From the NCBI GenBank assembly GCA_902536655.1, contig CACAYF010000005.1, positions 5,790 to 69,789 of the forward strand: a DNA stretch of 64,000 nucleotides. Reading direction: 5' to 3'. Shown one piece after another: positions 49,169 to 60,091 of this stretch. The first letter of the stretch is position 1. Each line of letters opens with the position of its first letter. Source of the stretch: an uncultured Alphaproteobacteria bacterium (lineage in GTDB: Bacteria; Pseudomonadota; Alphaproteobacteria; Methylaequorales; Methylaequoraceae). The notes beneath the pieces are model-generated. The model did not search any database. It was given only the letters and a program-made list of their open reading frames with translations, and was not told the origin of the DNA. Both the position numbers and the translations under genes were made by a program.

Positions 49169-49766
49169 TAAGTTTAGCATTGGAGATACAATTGTAATAG
49201 CGAGCCACAATGAAGGTAAAATTAACGAATTTAAAACGCTTCTTGCAGCTTATAACTTAAGGATTATCACCTCACGCGATCTTGAAATTCAAGATGTTGA
49301 AGAGACAGGGAATACATTCCAAGAAAATTCATTAATCAAGGTAAAAAGTATACCTGACAATTATATTGCAATATCTGATGATTCTGGTTTGTGTGTTAAT
49401 AGTCTTGGAGGAAAGCCGGGAATACTTTCATCGAGATTCCAAAAACAATGTGGCGGATGGTTCGAGGCAATGGAGAAAATTTATTCAGATATTAAAAACA
49501 AAAAAATTGAAGATTTTTCAGCAAAATTCATTTGTTGTCTATCTATAAAATTTTCTAAAAATTTAATTTATTCTTATTTAGGGGAAATCAGAGGAAAAAT
49601 AGTCTGGCCACCTAAAGGAAAAAATGGATTTGGATATGATCCATTCTTTATACCTAAGGGGTATACTAAGACTTTTGCTGAAATGGAACATTCTAGCAAA
49701 ATATTAATTGACCACAGAAGTATTGCTCTTAAAAAACTAATTAAATTACATTTAAGCGACAGTTAA
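49155..49766 (+). CDS. rdgB: non-canonical purine NTP pyrophosphatase (Ham1/RdgB)
   Basis: IVIASHNEGKINEF ... GFGYDPFF motifs. Conserved rph-rdgB pair. Confidence 0.8.
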   Translation: MQLSNKFSIGDTIVIASHNEGKINEFKTLLAAYNLRIITSRDLEIQDVEETGNTFQENSLIKVKSIPDNYIAISDDSGLCVNSLGGKPGILSSRFQKQCGGWFEAMEKIYSDIKNKKIEDFSAKFICCLSIKFSKNLIYSYLGEIRGKIVWPPKGKNGFGYDPFFIPKGYTKTFAEMEHSSKILIDHRSIALKKLIKLHLSDS

Positions 49767-51615
49767 AAACCTCTTCGGATCTTCTGTTCTTTTTAATTTT
49801 TTTAAGATATATTTCTCTTTGCAAAAAACCTGATTGTATTTTACTTTTTGTGAACTCTCCATTGAATAACAAGCTTTTCTTTTCTTTTTCACTCATTATT
49901 TTATAATTTGCAACTAAATCTAAGAGATCGTGCATATGATAGTTAAATGACATTGGATCTTTAGAAAAAACATTTTTAAAATTTTTAATAAATTCGTCGT
50001 CCCTATATTTTATACTTGAAGCATAATATGTTCCTTTGAACAAATTGTCCTTTTTGTTTGTATCCTCCCATAAGCTAGTTCCATAAATATTAGAATTTTC
50101 AGAGTTAATGTCATAAAAAGCTAAATGAGACAAAATCTCCAGCAATTTATCTCCCTCTGATGCTATTATTATTGAATCGAAAGGGGATCCAAGTGTTAGC
50201 ATCCTTTCTAAAGATTTAATTTCATTGTTTTTAAATTGATCTTCCAAGTCTGTGTTGTTTTCAATCCTCATTATTTCATTTTCTAGTTTCTGCTTTCTTT
50301 CCTTGAATCGACTTATTTTTTTTATCTCATTATTCAAATCTGTATCTGATTCTACCTCGAAAAACTCTATATTAACTTGCATCATGCCGAAATCATTTAC
50401 GTAGTTTAAAAAACTGTTTTTGATTACATACCCATATTTATCGGCATGATAAATTAGCAATACATTACTACTATCATTTTTAGCAATATGTTTTGTGATA
50501 CAAGACATTTGATCATTAGGAATTTGTCCTGAAACAATAATATTTTCAGATACATTATCCAAATCTGGAGAAAGACTAAAAAAGGTTAACCTTTTGTTAT
50601 TTTGAAAATGTTCTTTTACCTTTCTCGTTTCGTCAGAAAAAATGGGGCCTATAAAAGTTTTAACATCATTTGATATGGCTTGTTCTGCTGCAATAATTGC
50701 TCCTCTTGGTGTGCCTTTTGTATCGTAAATCTTAAAGTTGAGCTGATTAGGTCGAAGCAACATGCTATATCTTAAAGAATTAATAACCAAGCTACCTGCT
50801 GCACTTTTTTCACCAGTTAGCGGGAGTAACAACCCTACTAGGTTATCAGTTTCTATTTTTTTTTCTTTCAATTCTGGTTTTTTAAGATTTAAAAATGCAT
50901 ACCCGGATGTTTTTTTTTTTGAGTCGTTCACTTCTTCGATAGCTTTACTATCTTTAACAATCTCATCTTTAATTTTTTTGCTCGGATATTCCAAATCATT
51001 AAAATCTTTTCGATTGCGTTCGCTTGAAAATGGGGCGCTTTCAGCAACCTCTGAACTACTGGTATACTCTGAGTCATCTTTATTAAATTGAGCGAGAGCA
51101 TCATCTTCTGTTCTAAAAGAATTTTTATTTACTTTCTTTTCAATATTTTGAATTGTGGATTCATTTGGAAGTTTTTTATCTCTGGAGTCCTCTAAGTTGT
51201 CATCTTCAAAAAATTTAGTAAAAAATGAAATTATCTTTCTATCAGTTTTTTTAGTTTGTCCCATTTCTTTCAGAGGAAGAACATCAGCATCTTTTGATTC
51301 TTTTTGTTGTAAGGTTGAATCTTTTTTAGGTTTGTCATTTTTTAATTTAACTGCCAGTTGATCTTTCTTAATTTTTTCATCGTTTTGTTCTGAAACTTTG
51401 TTTTTTGGAGATTTTTTGAATTCTTTTTTTTCAAACTCTAAAGATTTCGAAATCTTCTTATCTTCTTTTTCTTGTTCATCAGTGTCTGAAAAGAGTTTCT
51501 CTTTGAGAATGCTCATAGATTGATCAATTTGGCAGCCAGAAAGGCTAAAGAGGGCTATAAATAAAAATAATCTTAAGTTACAAAGATTGGGTATCATCGT
51601 ATATGATGTTTTCAT
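49741..51615 (-). CDS. lipoprotein with K/E-rich low-complexity linker and C-terminal periplasmic-binding-protein-like domain (LpoA-like)
   Basis: Lipobox LFSLSGCQ, about 250 aa of low-complexity KE-rich sequence, then a type-1 PBP-fold region (GLLLPLTGEKSAAG). Weak family call. Confidence 0.4.
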   Translation of the reverse strand: MKTSYTMIPNLCNLRLFLFIALFSLSGCQIDQSMSILKEKLFSDTDEQEKEDKKISKSLEFEKKEFKKSPKNKVSEQNDEKIKKDQLAVKLKNDKPKKDSTLQQKESKDADVLPLKEMGQTKKTDRKIISFFTKFFEDDNLEDSRDKKLPNESTIQNIEKKVNKNSFRTEDDALAQFNKDDSEYTSSSEVAESAPFSSERNRKDFNDLEYPSKKIKDEIVKDSKAIEEVNDSKKKTSGYAFLNLKKPELKEKKIETDNLVGLLLPLTGEKSAAGSLVINSLRYSMLLRPNQLNFKIYDTKGTPRGAIIAAEQAISNDVKTFIGPIFSDETRKVKEHFQNNKRLTFFSLSPDLDNVSENIIVSGQIPNDQMSCITKHIAKNDSSNVLLIYHADKYGYVIKNSFLNYVNDFGMMQVNIEFFEVESDTDLNNEIKKISRFKERKQKLENEIMRIENNTDLEDQFKNNEIKSLERMLTLGSPFDSIIIASEGDKLLEILSHLAFYDINSENSNIYGTSLWEDTNKKDNLFKGTYYASSIKYRDDEFIKNFKNVFSKDPMSFNYHMHDLLDLVANYKIMSEKEKKSLLFNGEFTKSKIQSGFLQREIYLKKIKKNRRSEEVFNCRLNVI

Positions 51616-52213
51616 GTTAAAAAAAATTGCTCTAGTTATTATTTTATATATATTTATACATTACAAAGCATTTAGCAATATAAATAGAGATAGAATTTTA
51701 AATTATTTAGAGAGTTTTTCCTCCCTAAACTCAGAATTTATTCAAATCAATAATAATGGAGACATATTATCTGGAAAAATCTTTGTATCACGTCCAGGAA
51801 AATTTAGAATCGAATATGAACAAATTCCTCTAGTATTGATTTCAGACTCTAAGCGTCTAGCATCTGTAAATAGGGATCTTAAAAGTATAAACTTTCACAG
51901 TACAAATAATAATCCACTTAGTATTCTTCTTTTCGACAAACTTGATATGAAACAAGTTAAAATATTAAATTTAGTTGAAAGGGAAAATACATTGTTAGTA
52001 GAAATTTCAAGCGCTAATTTTGAAGATAAAGGTTTTATTGAGATTTTATTTGAAACAAAGCCTTTAGTAATGAAAAAGTGGACTGTATTTAAAACTGATC
52101 AAACAAAAACTGAAGTTTTTTTTGATAACCTGTTTTTAAATAAAAGTTTGCCTTCAAGACTATTCGATATTGAATTAGAAGATCCAAGAAAGATTCCATT
52201 TCAAATATATTAG
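51614..52213 (+). CDS. LolA-like outer-membrane lipoprotein carrier family protein
   Basis: Signal peptide from the internal Met (MLKKIALVIILYIF), then LolA-like beta-barrel motifs (KFRIEYEQ, VLISDSKRL). Confidence 0.5.
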   Translation: MLKKIALVIILYIFIHYKAFSNINRDRILNYLESFSSLNSEFIQINNNGDILSGKIFVSRPGKFRIEYEQIPLVLISDSKRLASVNRDLKSINFHSTNNNPLSILLFDKLDMKQVKILNLVERENTLLVEISSANFEDKGFIEILFETKPLVMKKWTVFKTDQTKTEVFFDNLFLNKSLPSRLFDIELEDPRKIPFQIY

Positions 52214-52872
52214 TCACTTTTTAAATAATACTTTTTATCGATTTGAACCAACGTTCTTGGTTGGTTAGGGTCATGCTCAATTTTTTTCCTTAGCCTGTAA
52301 ATTAAAGATTCCATTGTGTGTGTTTCTAGGTTTACATTATGTTCCCATACATTCTTGAGAATTTCACTTTTAGTGCAGCCATCGTTTTTATTTAAAATAA
52401 AATATATAAGTTTATTTTCAAGATCTGTGAGTTTAATAAAGTCTCCGTTAGTATCGTTTATTAATTTAGAATTAAGATGATCGTATAACTTATTTCCAAA
52501 TCTTATATTTAACTTTTGTTTATCAAAGGTTGTCTCTAAAGTTTTTATGTATCTAATTAATTCATTAAATATGATGGGTTGAATAAAGGTTTTAAAATTA
52601 AAGTTATTTGCAGAAAATTTCATATTTTTATTCAAAATAAATATAAAATAGGAACTAATAATTTTTTTTTTAAAAAGAGAAAAAATGTTATTTAGTTCAT
52701 TTTCAGAAACAATTTCAACTATTAATATTGAATTTTGAAGATTTGAGTTTGAAAGAGATTTTATATTTTTTTTTAAATTAATTTCAAAGCCTTCTTTTTT
52801 TAAAAGCTTTTTAAGCTCTAAAAAGATAAAATTTCTTTTAAAAATAGCTATAATCTTTTTAACTTTTGTCAT
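52210..52872 (-). CDS. OmpR/PhoB-type winged-helix transcriptional regulator with degenerate (pseudo-)receiver domain
   Basis: C-terminal trans_reg_C domain (CTKSEILKNVWEHNVNLETHTMESLIYRLRKKIE). The N-terminal region is receiver-sized but lacks the DD pocket and phospho-acceptor Asp. Confidence 0.45.
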   Translation of the reverse strand: MTKVKKIIAIFKRNFIFLELKKLLKKEGFEINLKKNIKSLSNSNLQNSILIVEIVSENELNNIFSLFKKKIISSYFIFILNKNMKFSANNFNFKTFIQPIIFNELIRYIKTLETTFDKQKLNIRFGNKLYDHLNSKLINDTNGDFIKLTDLENKLIYFILNKNDGCTKSEILKNVWEHNVNLETHTMESLIYRLRKKIEHDPNQPRTLVQIDKKYYLKSD

Positions 52873-52884
52873 ATTCTTTTTATA

Positions 52885-53391
52885 GTGGCAAATCTAAAAG
52901 TTTTTAAAACAAAAAAAAAAAATATCGGCGTTTTAGTTCATGATAAGATTAAATTCAAATGCTATTTAGGTTCAAAAGGCATTGGAAAAAAAACTCGTGA
53001 AGGAGATAAAATTACCCCGATTGGGACTTTTAGGTTTTCTGAAGTTTTCTATCGTCCAGATAAAGTGCAATATTTAAAAACATGCCTTCCAACAAAAAAA
53101 ATTAATAAAACCTCTTTTTGGTGTGTTGATCCTAGAAGTAGGTTTTATAACAGTCTCCAAAAAAAAAAAAATTATATATGCGAGGAACTTTATAGAAATG
53201 ATGATCTTTACGACATACTCATCACATTAAATTACAATTTAAATAAAAAAAAATTTAAAGGGAGTGCTATTTTTTTGCACTGTAGCGATCTTTCTAAAAA
53301 TTATACAGATGGTTGCATCGCGCTTGAAAAACAAAAACTCCTGAAAATTCTTAATTCAATTAAAACTTATTCAAAATTAATAATTTTTTAA
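52885..53391 (+). CDS. L,D-transpeptidase (YkuD) catalytic domain protein
   Basis: Active-site motif IFLHCSDLSKNYTDGCIAL (His...Cys) of LD-transpeptidases. Confidence 0.65.
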   Translation: MANLKVFKTKKKNIGVLVHDKIKFKCYLGSKGIGKKTREGDKITPIGTFRFSEVFYRPDKVQYLKTCLPTKKINKTSFWCVDPRSRFYNSLQKKKNYICEELYRNDDLYDILITLNYNLNKKKFKGSAIFLHCSDLSKNYTDGCIALEKQKLLKILNSIKTYSKLIIF

Positions 53392-54065
53392 TCCCTTTTA
53401 CCAAATATTCCAGTTCCAACTCTTATGAAAGTTGCTCCGTAACTAATTGCAGATTTAAAGTCATTTGTCATTCCCATGCTAGCATGTTCTAGATTTAAAC
53501 GATCGCATAAATTTCTTATCTTTATAAAAAAAGGTTCAGGTGGTTGATCTAATGGTGGTATGCACATTAATCCAATAATCTTTAAATTAAGATCGTTGGA
53601 ACACCATTGAAAAAACTGTTCGGCTAAACTCTCTTCTATTCCACTTTTTTGTTTTTCACCACCAATGTTTACTTGAATAAAAAATTTTTTTTTATTTATA
53701 TCAGTTTTCTCTTCTAGGTATTTGTTCAATTTTAAAGCAATTTTCTCTCTATCAACAGTCTGGATTACATCAAATATCTCTAAAGCCAAATTTGCTTTGT
53801 TTGATTGAAGAGGACCAACAAGATGCAACTCAATATTTTTTTCGGGATTTTCCTTTTTTAGGTCAACCCATTTAGATTGAGCTTCTTGAACTTTATTTTC
53901 CCCAAAAGTTCTATGACCTTTATTAACTAAGATTTGAATTATTTCTTTTGGAAACTTTTTAGAAACTGCTATTAGTTCTGGTTCACAATATTTTCCGTTG
54001 AGCTTATCTCTGCAAGAACGTATTTGTTTTAAAATTTCGTCATAATTTGATAATATTTTATTCAT
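53388..54065 (-). CDS. yggS: YggS-family pyridoxal phosphate homeostasis protein
   Basis: LIAVSKKFP ... FGENKVQE ... TIM-barrel alanine-racemase N-terminal-like family. Confidence 0.75.
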   Translation of the reverse strand: MNKILSNYDEILKQIRSCRDKLNGKYCEPELIAVSKKFPKEIIQILVNKGHRTFGENKVQEAQSKWVDLKKENPEKNIELHLVGPLQSNKANLALEIFDVIQTVDREKIALKLNKYLEEKTDINKKKFFIQVNIGGEKQKSGIEESLAEQFFQWCSNDLNLKIIGLMCIPPLDQPPEPFFIKIRNLCDRLNLEHASMGMTNDFKSAISYGATFIRVGTGIFGKRD

Positions 54066-54069
54066 AATT

Positions 54070-54660
54070 ATGTATTACCAAATTAAAAAAAAATCCACAA
54101 TTCCAAAAGAATGGTTCTTTTTCAAACCAGAGAATTTCTTAGATAGTAAAAAATTACGTAATCTATCAAAAAAAGCAGGGGTGATATTCTTCAATAACAA
54201 TTTAGATATCAATAATTTTCTGAAAAAAATTGAACCACTTTTATGTTTTTGCAGAAAAAGAAAAATTAAATTTGTAATTCCTTTTTCTAAATTTTGGGGT
54301 AATAGGTACAATCCATTCGGAATGATGGTTGAAATAGATAGAAAATCAAAAAAAATTTATTCGACGAAAAATAAACATAGGCGTTATTATACTGTAGCAA
54401 AAGTACATAACTTGAAAGAGGCGTTTTTAGCAAGAGGTTTCGTTGATTTAATATTCCTTTCACCAGTGTTCAAAACAAATTCGTATCCTGACAAAAAACC
54501 CTTGAGCAAGTATATTTTTATATCTCTATGTTTTTTTTTTAAGGAAGAGTTAGTTTTTGCGCTAGGTGGAGTAAATTATACAAACATAAGGTCTATCAAG
54601 AATAAAAAATTATATGGTTTTGGTGCAATAAGTTGTTTTAAAAATTATGAAAAAATATAA
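54070..54660 (+). CDS. thiamine-phosphate synthase-like (TMP-TENI domain) protein
   Basis: [16 protein letters not shown] and FALGGVN motifs resemble ThiE/TenI. Weak call. Confidence 0.4.
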   Translation: MYYQIKKKSTIPKEWFFFKPENFLDSKKLRNLSKKAGVIFFNNNLDINNFLKKIEPLLCFCRKRKIKFVIPFSKFWGNRYNPFGMMVEIDRKSKKIYSTKNKHRRYYTVAKVHNLKEAFLARGFVDLIFLSPVFKTNSYPDKKPLSKYIFISLCFFFKEELVFALGGVNYTNIRSIKNKKLYGFGAISCFKNYEKI

Positions 54661-57172
54661 TCCGGAAATCATTGAGAAAAAATGGCAAAACTATTGGGCT
54701 GAAAAAAGAACCTATAAGTCCAAAGTAGATCGAACTAAAAAAAAATTTTATGTACTAGAAATGTTTCCCTATCCTTCTGGAAAGATTCATATGGGCCACT
54801 TAAGAAATTATACAATAGGTGATGTAACTGCTAGATTCTACAAACTAAATGGTTTCAACGTTTTGCATCCCATGGGATGGGACAGTTTTGGAATGCCAGC
54901 TGAAAATGCTGCTATCGAAAACAATTCAAATCCTAAAGATTGGACTGAAAGAAATATAAAAAGTATGAAATTACAATTGATGAGAATAGGATTATCAATT
55001 GATTGGGAGCGTGAAATATCAACTTGTGATTCAAATTATTATAAACATCAACAAAAAATTTTTATAGAATTTTTCAAAAACGGGCTTGTTTACAAAAAGG
55101 ATAGTTTTGTTAATTGGGATCCGGTTGATAAAACAGTATTAGCCAACGAACAAGTTGTTGATGGGAGAGGTTGGAGATCTGGAGCTACCGTTGAGAAAAA
55201 AAAACTCTCTCAGTGGTTTCTAAATATTTCTAAATTTTCACATGAACTTCTTAGTGATTTAAATCAATTAGAAAATTGGCCAGAAAAAGTTAAATTAATG
55301 CAAAAAAATTGGATTGGAATGTCTGAAGGAGCTGAAATAAATTTCAAATTATGTAAATCAAAGTTGTCGATTGACGTTTTTACAACAAGACCAGAAACTA
55401 TCTTTGGAGCAACTTTTATTGCGTTATCAGTTGAACATCCCCTATCATCAAAATTTTCGGAGAATGAAAAATTTTTAAAATTTAGAAACAAATGTTTAAA
55501 GATGCAGGAAAAAAGAGACTTTATTAAGGAAAAGATTGGATTTGACACAAGTTTTTTTGCTGAACATCCTTTCCTCAAAGACGAAAAAATTCCAATATTT
55601 TTTTCTAATTATGTGATGATAAACTACGGAAATGGAGCAATCTTTGGATGCCCTGCTCATGACGAAAGAGATTATGATTTTGCTAAAGAATACAATATCC
55701 CCATCAAATGTATAATTAAAAACAAAGAAAAAAAACTTCCTTATTTTGAGACAAATGAAACAGATATACTTATAAATTCGGAATTTCTTAATGAAAAAAA
55801 TTTAAAAAAAGCCAAAGAAATAATTATTAAAAAAATTGAAGAAAACAAAACAGGGAAAAAATCTGTAAAATTCAAACTAAAAGATTGGGGTGTATCACGA
55901 CAAAGATATTGGGGTTGCCCAATTCCTATAATTTACAGAAAAGACGGTAAAGTTTTAACCGTAAAAGAAAATGAACTGCCAATCAAACTGCCGAATGATA
56001 TCGAATTAAGATCAGCTGGAAATCCTCTTGAAAATCATCCAAACTGGAAAAATACGAAGTGTCCTAAAACTGGTATGGATGCAATTAGAGAAACTGATAC
56101 CCTTGATACATTTTTCGATTCGTCATGGTATTTTTTGAGATTCTGTTCTCCTAAATCAATAGAGGAGCCCTTTGAGAATAAAGAATTACGTTATTGGATG
56201 CCGGTTGATCATTACATTGGTGGGATAGAACACGCAATTTTACATTTGCTTTATTCTAGATTTTTTGTTAGAGCGCTGAAATTTTGCGGTAAGAAAATCC
56301 CTAAAGAACCTTTCAAAAAACTTATAACACAAGGAATGGTCTGTCATGAAACTTTCAGAACAAAAGAAAACAAATGGATAGACCCTAAAAACGTATTCAA
56401 AGAAAATGGTACATATTGGACAAATCAAGAAAATAAAAAAATTTTAATTATAAAGGGAAGATCAGAAAAAATGAGCAAATCCAAAAAGAATGTTGTAGAT
56501 CCTGATTCAATAGTTTTTACTTATGGTGCAGATACAGCGCGGCTTTTTATGATATCAGACTCTCCTCCAGAAAAAGATTTAGAATGGTCGATTGATGGTA
56601 TCAAAGCGATGAATAAGTACTTAGAAAAGATTTATGATCTACTATCATCAAAATTCAAATTTATACTCACCTTTCAAAAAGACAAGTACATGCTCGATGA
56701 GGAAAAAAAAGCATATGAATTTACTAATAATACAATTCATTCTTTTTCAGAGGATGTAAAAAACTATAGATTCAATAAAGCGGTCGCAAAATTACGCGAA
56801 TTATCAAACTTTCTTATTAGAGAAAAATTGAAAGGTGATTTATTTAACTATTGTTGGTCAATTTATATAAGGTTGATCTATATTATAACACCGCATTTTT
56901 CTCAGGAGTTGGTTTATGAATCTGGATCAGATCAAATAATTGAAGATATTGAGTGGCCTGAAGCAGACCTAAGTAAATTATCTAATACCAAAGTAATGAT
57001 AGTTATTCAAATAAATGGGAAAAAAAAGGATATTATAAAAGTTGATGAGAATATTAAAAAAGATAAATTAGTTGAAATTATTATTAGAAACCAAAACAAT
57101 TACAATATAGATGTCAATGAGACCAAGAAAATTATATTCGTTCCCAATAAAATAATTAATTTTGTTATATGA
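54647..57172 (+). CDS. leuS: leucine--tRNA ligase
   Basis: HMGH (HIGH-class), KMSKS and editing CP1 domain. 841 aa. Confidence 0.95.
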   Translation: MKKYNPEIIEKKWQNYWAEKRTYKSKVDRTKKKFYVLEMFPYPSGKIHMGHLRNYTIGDVTARFYKLNGFNVLHPMGWDSFGMPAENAAIENNSNPKDWTERNIKSMKLQLMRIGLSIDWEREISTCDSNYYKHQQKIFIEFFKNGLVYKKDSFVNWDPVDKTVLANEQVVDGRGWRSGATVEKKKLSQWFLNISKFSHELLSDLNQLENWPEKVKLMQKNWIGMSEGAEINFKLCKSKLSIDVFTTRPETIFGATFIALSVEHPLSSKFSENEKFLKFRNKCLKMQEKRDFIKEKIGFDTSFFAEHPFLKDEKIPIFFSNYVMINYGNGAIFGCPAHDERDYDFAKEYNIPIKCIIKNKEKKLPYFETNETDILINSEFLNEKNLKKAKEIIIKKIEENKTGKKSVKFKLKDWGVSRQRYWGCPIPIIYRKDGKVLTVKENELPIKLPNDIELRSAGNPLENHPNWKNTKCPKTGMDAIRETDTLDTFFDSSWYFLRFCSPKSIEEPFENKELRYWMPVDHYIGGIEHAILHLLYSRFFVRALKFCGKKIPKEPFKKLITQGMVCHETFRTKENKWIDPKNVFKENGTYWTNQENKKILIIKGRSEKMSKSKKNVVDPDSIVFTYGADTARLFMISDSPPEKDLEWSIDGIKAMNKYLEKIYDLLSSKFKFILTFQKDKYMLDEEKKAYEFTNNTIHSFSEDVKNYRFNKAVAKLRELSNFLIREKLKGDLFNYCWSIYIRLIYIITPHFSQELVYESGSDQIIEDIEWPEADLSKLSNTKVMIVIQINGKKKDIIKVDENIKKDKLVEIIIRNQNNYNIDVNETKKIIFVPNKIINFVI

Positions 57173-57666
57173 AAATAAAAAAACTTATCACGATTTTTAT
57201 TATTTGCTTTTTAAATTCCTGTGCGTACAAGCCTTTGTACAAGAATACCAATACATTTTATCCCCACAATATCAAAATTATTATTAAATCAAAAGGCAAA
57301 TATGAGAACAACGCATCGATAATGAAACTACTTTTAGACGAAAAACTAAATTCAAAGAATTCTAAAGACTCTAACTTAAAATTAATTGTCTCAATTAATC
57401 GCAATGTCTCTAGTATGGGAATAAATAAAGATTTAAGTTCCGATGCACTTATGCTTGTGATAGAAGCAAACTATGTCTTTCTTGATAAAACAGGAAAGCT
57501 AAGCTCAGGTAAACTAAGAAATACAGGAAATTTTAACTATACGACAAACAACTATGCAAATATTGTTTCTATGGAGGATACTTCAAAAAAAATAATAAAG
57601 TCCTTATCTTCAGATCTTGCAGATCTAATTCTATCTTTGTCTGTTAAAAGAAAAATAACGCCATGA
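57169..57666 (+). CDS. lptE: LPS-assembly lipoprotein LptE
   Basis: Lipobox FLNSCAY. Conserved leuS-lptE-holA gene order. Confidence 0.6.
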   Translation: MKIKKLITIFIICFLNSCAYKPLYKNTNTFYPHNIKIIIKSKGKYENNASIMKLLLDEKLNSKNSKDSNLKLIVSINRNVSSMGINKDLSSDALMLVIEANYVFLDKTGKLSSGKLRNTGNFNYTTNNYANIVSMEDTSKKIIKSLSSDLADLILSLSVKRKITP

Positions 57667-58694
57667 TCGTAAAATTTGAAGATTTTGAAAAAACCTCTGA
57701 AAACTATCGTTCATTTAGGTTTTTTTTATTTCACGGTCAAAATTATGGAAAAGTAAGTGAGTGTGCTGATTTAATTAAAAATTTTGAAGATGTTAAGAAA
57801 AACTTTGATGTAATAAACTTGTTTTCGGATGACATTAAAAAGGAAAATTTATCAAAGATCTTTCTTGAAAGTTCAACACCTAATATTTTTGGCTCCAAAA
57901 CTTTTTTGTGCTTTCATCTTAGCAGTGAAAAAATCAGTAAAGAAATAATCTCCATTATTTCAAAGGAAACCAATAGAGACTTAATTGTTGTTTTAAAATC
58001 TTATCAACTCAGCCCACGATCGTCACTAAGGTCTTTTTTTGAAAATAACAATGATTCTATTTCAGTTGCTTGTTATGAAGAAGATGAAAGAGAGAAGAGA
58101 AAATACATAGATAATTTTTTAAAGAATGAAGGGCTAAAAGTTTCAGAATCCCTGATTGATTTATTAAGTAACAATCTATCAAATCAAAGACTAGAAATTA
58201 AAAGTGAGCTTGAAAAGATGATTGTTCTATACAAGAGTGCACCAGTAGAAAAGTCTAAGCAAAGCTCTCTTTCGTTCATATCAGAGTCACTGGACAATGA
58301 TGACACTAGATTTATTTTTTCTCTTGTATCTAAGGAGAAAAATGGTTTCGTTGAAAATTATAATAAATTTACTGACTATGGCTCTGACAATATTAGGTTG
58401 ATAACTTATCTTCTTGAACACTTTTTTAGGCTTCTTGCAGTCAAGATTAAAATAATGGAAGGTATTGACATTAGCATTGCTATAAAACAATTAAGGCCTC
58501 CCATTTTCTTTAAAAATTTACCAGAATTTAAAAAACAAATTAATATGTTTTCCACAGATGAATTAAAGCTGGTCATAAAAAAATTATTCATATCGAAGCA
58601 TGAGTTTATAAGCGGAAGGTGGGCCTCCTCGTCAACATTTATGCTTAATCTATTGCTTTTTTTAAGTTCAAGGTTTTCTCTAAGAAATTCTTAA
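57663..58694 (+). CDS. holA: DNA polymerase III subunit delta
   Basis: Position after lptE, a 343 aa size and the N-terminal FFLFHGQNYG motif fit HolA. Confidence 0.55.
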   Translation: MIVKFEDFEKTSENYRSFRFFLFHGQNYGKVSECADLIKNFEDVKKNFDVINLFSDDIKKENLSKIFLESSTPNIFGSKTFLCFHLSSEKISKEIISIISKETNRDLIVVLKSYQLSPRSSLRSFFENNNDSISVACYEEDEREKRKYIDNFLKNEGLKVSESLIDLLSNNLSNQRLEIKSELEKMIVLYKSAPVEKSKQSSLSFISESLDNDDTRFIFSLVSKEKNGFVENYNKFTDYGSDNIRLITYLLEHFFRLLAVKIKIMEGIDISIAIKQLRPPIFFKNLPEFKKQINMFSTDELKLVIKKLFISKHEFISGRWASSSTFMLNLLLFLSSRFSLRNS

Positions 58695-59256
58695 CTTTAT
58701 TTTTTAATATTTTTATATCCTCTTCTGTATTTAGATCAAGAGAGATACATTTTCTTTCAACATTAGTATTTAAAGCTTGTGTTTTGATTATTTGGTTAAA
58801 TTTCACTAGGGTCATATTTTTTCTTTTTAATACTCTTTCCTTTTGAACTTTCGATGAGACAAAAGTTCGAATTATAAAGTCATAGTCGCTTTGTAGTTTT
58901 TTTTCAAATAACAAAGGAATGTCAAAAAATACCGCCAATTCATTACAGTTTGTCTCGAAAAATTTTTCTTTGCTTTCCCAAATTTTTGGATGAACTATCT
59001 GCTCTAACTTTTTTAATTCTTTTGTATTCGAGAATACGAATTCTCCAAGTTTTACTTTATCAATCCTGTTCCTTTTGATAAGTCCCGGAATTTTAGACTT
59101 AAATTCTTTGCTAATTTTACTTATTAAATCTTTCTTGGTCATGGCTTTCTCTACCTCTTGATCGGAATCAAAAACTTTGAATCCTAACTCTCTAACAATA
59201 CTAGTAATTGTTGATTTGCCGCTTCCGATGTTTCCAGTTATTGCAATTTTAATCAT
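58645..59256 (-). CDS. coaE: dephospho-CoA kinase
   Basis: Walker A ITGNIGSGKST. 203 aa. Confidence 0.85.
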   Translation of the reverse strand: MIKIAITGNIGSGKSTITSIVRELGFKVFDSDQEVEKAMTKKDLISKISKEFKSKIPGLIKRNRIDKVKLGEFVFSNTKELKKLEQIVHPKIWESKEKFFETNCNELAVFFDIPLLFEKKLQSDYDFIIRTFVSSKVQKERVLKRKNMTLVKFNQIIKTQALNTNVERKCISLDLNTEEDIKILKNKVKNFLEKTLNLKKAID

Positions 59257-60091
59257 TTTTTTTTAATATTCTAATTACTTCTTTTATATGCGAATCTTTT
59301 GGCATTACTCCAAACCACCTATAAAATGACTCTGCAGCTTGACGGGCGAGCATATAAAATCCATTTGTATAATTCAGTTTTTCTTCTCTCGCTACTTTCA
59401 TAAGAGGAGTCATTGTTGGTTTATAAACCAAATCATACACCATTGATTTTTTCTTCATTGAACTGAGATCGACATCAAGTGGATTTTTTCCATTCATTCC
59501 GCATGATGTGCAATTAATGAGAAGATCTATATGGTAATCCGGTTTATAACCCATATGGTTAGCTTCAAAAGTTTTCTTTGAACCCGTAAATTTTTTAAAG
59601 TGTTCGATTAGTTTGACGCCTGAAGACTCTGTCCTATTAATAATTTTTATTATTTTAGGATTAAAATTAATTAAACTTGAAACAATTCCATAGGCAGCTC
59701 CTCCAGCACCAATGCACATCACATTGGTGTTTGAATCGAAATGAAAATTTAAGTCTTTTTGGAGCGAAGAGATAAATCCTATTCCATCTGTATTTGCTCC
59801 AATTATCTTGTCTTTAACTTTGTAAACAGTGTTTACCGCTTTGCTTTTTAACGAAGATTCTTCTAGTTCATCTACAAAGTCTATCATTATCCTTTTATAG
59901 GGAATTGTCACATTGAAACCACGAATTTTGTCCTTTCTTAAATCTCTAATCAAATTTTGTATTTCTTTCGTTTCAATTTCTAGCTTGTCATAATTTGCAT
60001 TGAGTGAATACTTTTCAATCCAAAAATTATGTATTATTGGAGATTGCGAATGCCGGATGGGTTTGCCTATAACAAATAACTTACTCTTCAT
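59249..60091 (-). CDS. aroE: shikimate dehydrogenase
   Basis: GKPIRHSQSP...NVTIPYK substrate-binding motifs and a Rossmann GAGGAA. Confidence 0.8.
   Translation of the reverse strand: MKSKLFVIGKPIRHSQSPIIHNFWIEKYSLNANYDKLEIETKEIQNLIRDLRKDKIRGFNVTIPYKRIMIDFVDELEESSLKSKAVNTVYKVKDKIIGANTDGIGFISSLQKDLNFHFDSNTNVMCIGAGGAAYGIVSSLINFNPKIIKIINRTESSGVKLIEHFKKFTGSKKTFEANHMGYKPDYHIDLLINCTSCGMNGKNPLDVDLSSMKKKSMVYDLVYKPTMTPLMKVAREEKLNYTNGFYMLARQAAESFYRWFGVMPKDSHIKEVIRILKKND

Noticed and set aside
58645-58694. 50-bp convergent overlap of holA and coaE 3' ends
   Set aside because: Short convergent overlaps are common in compact genomes, and both reading frames look genuine up to their stops. No evidence of an assembly problem.
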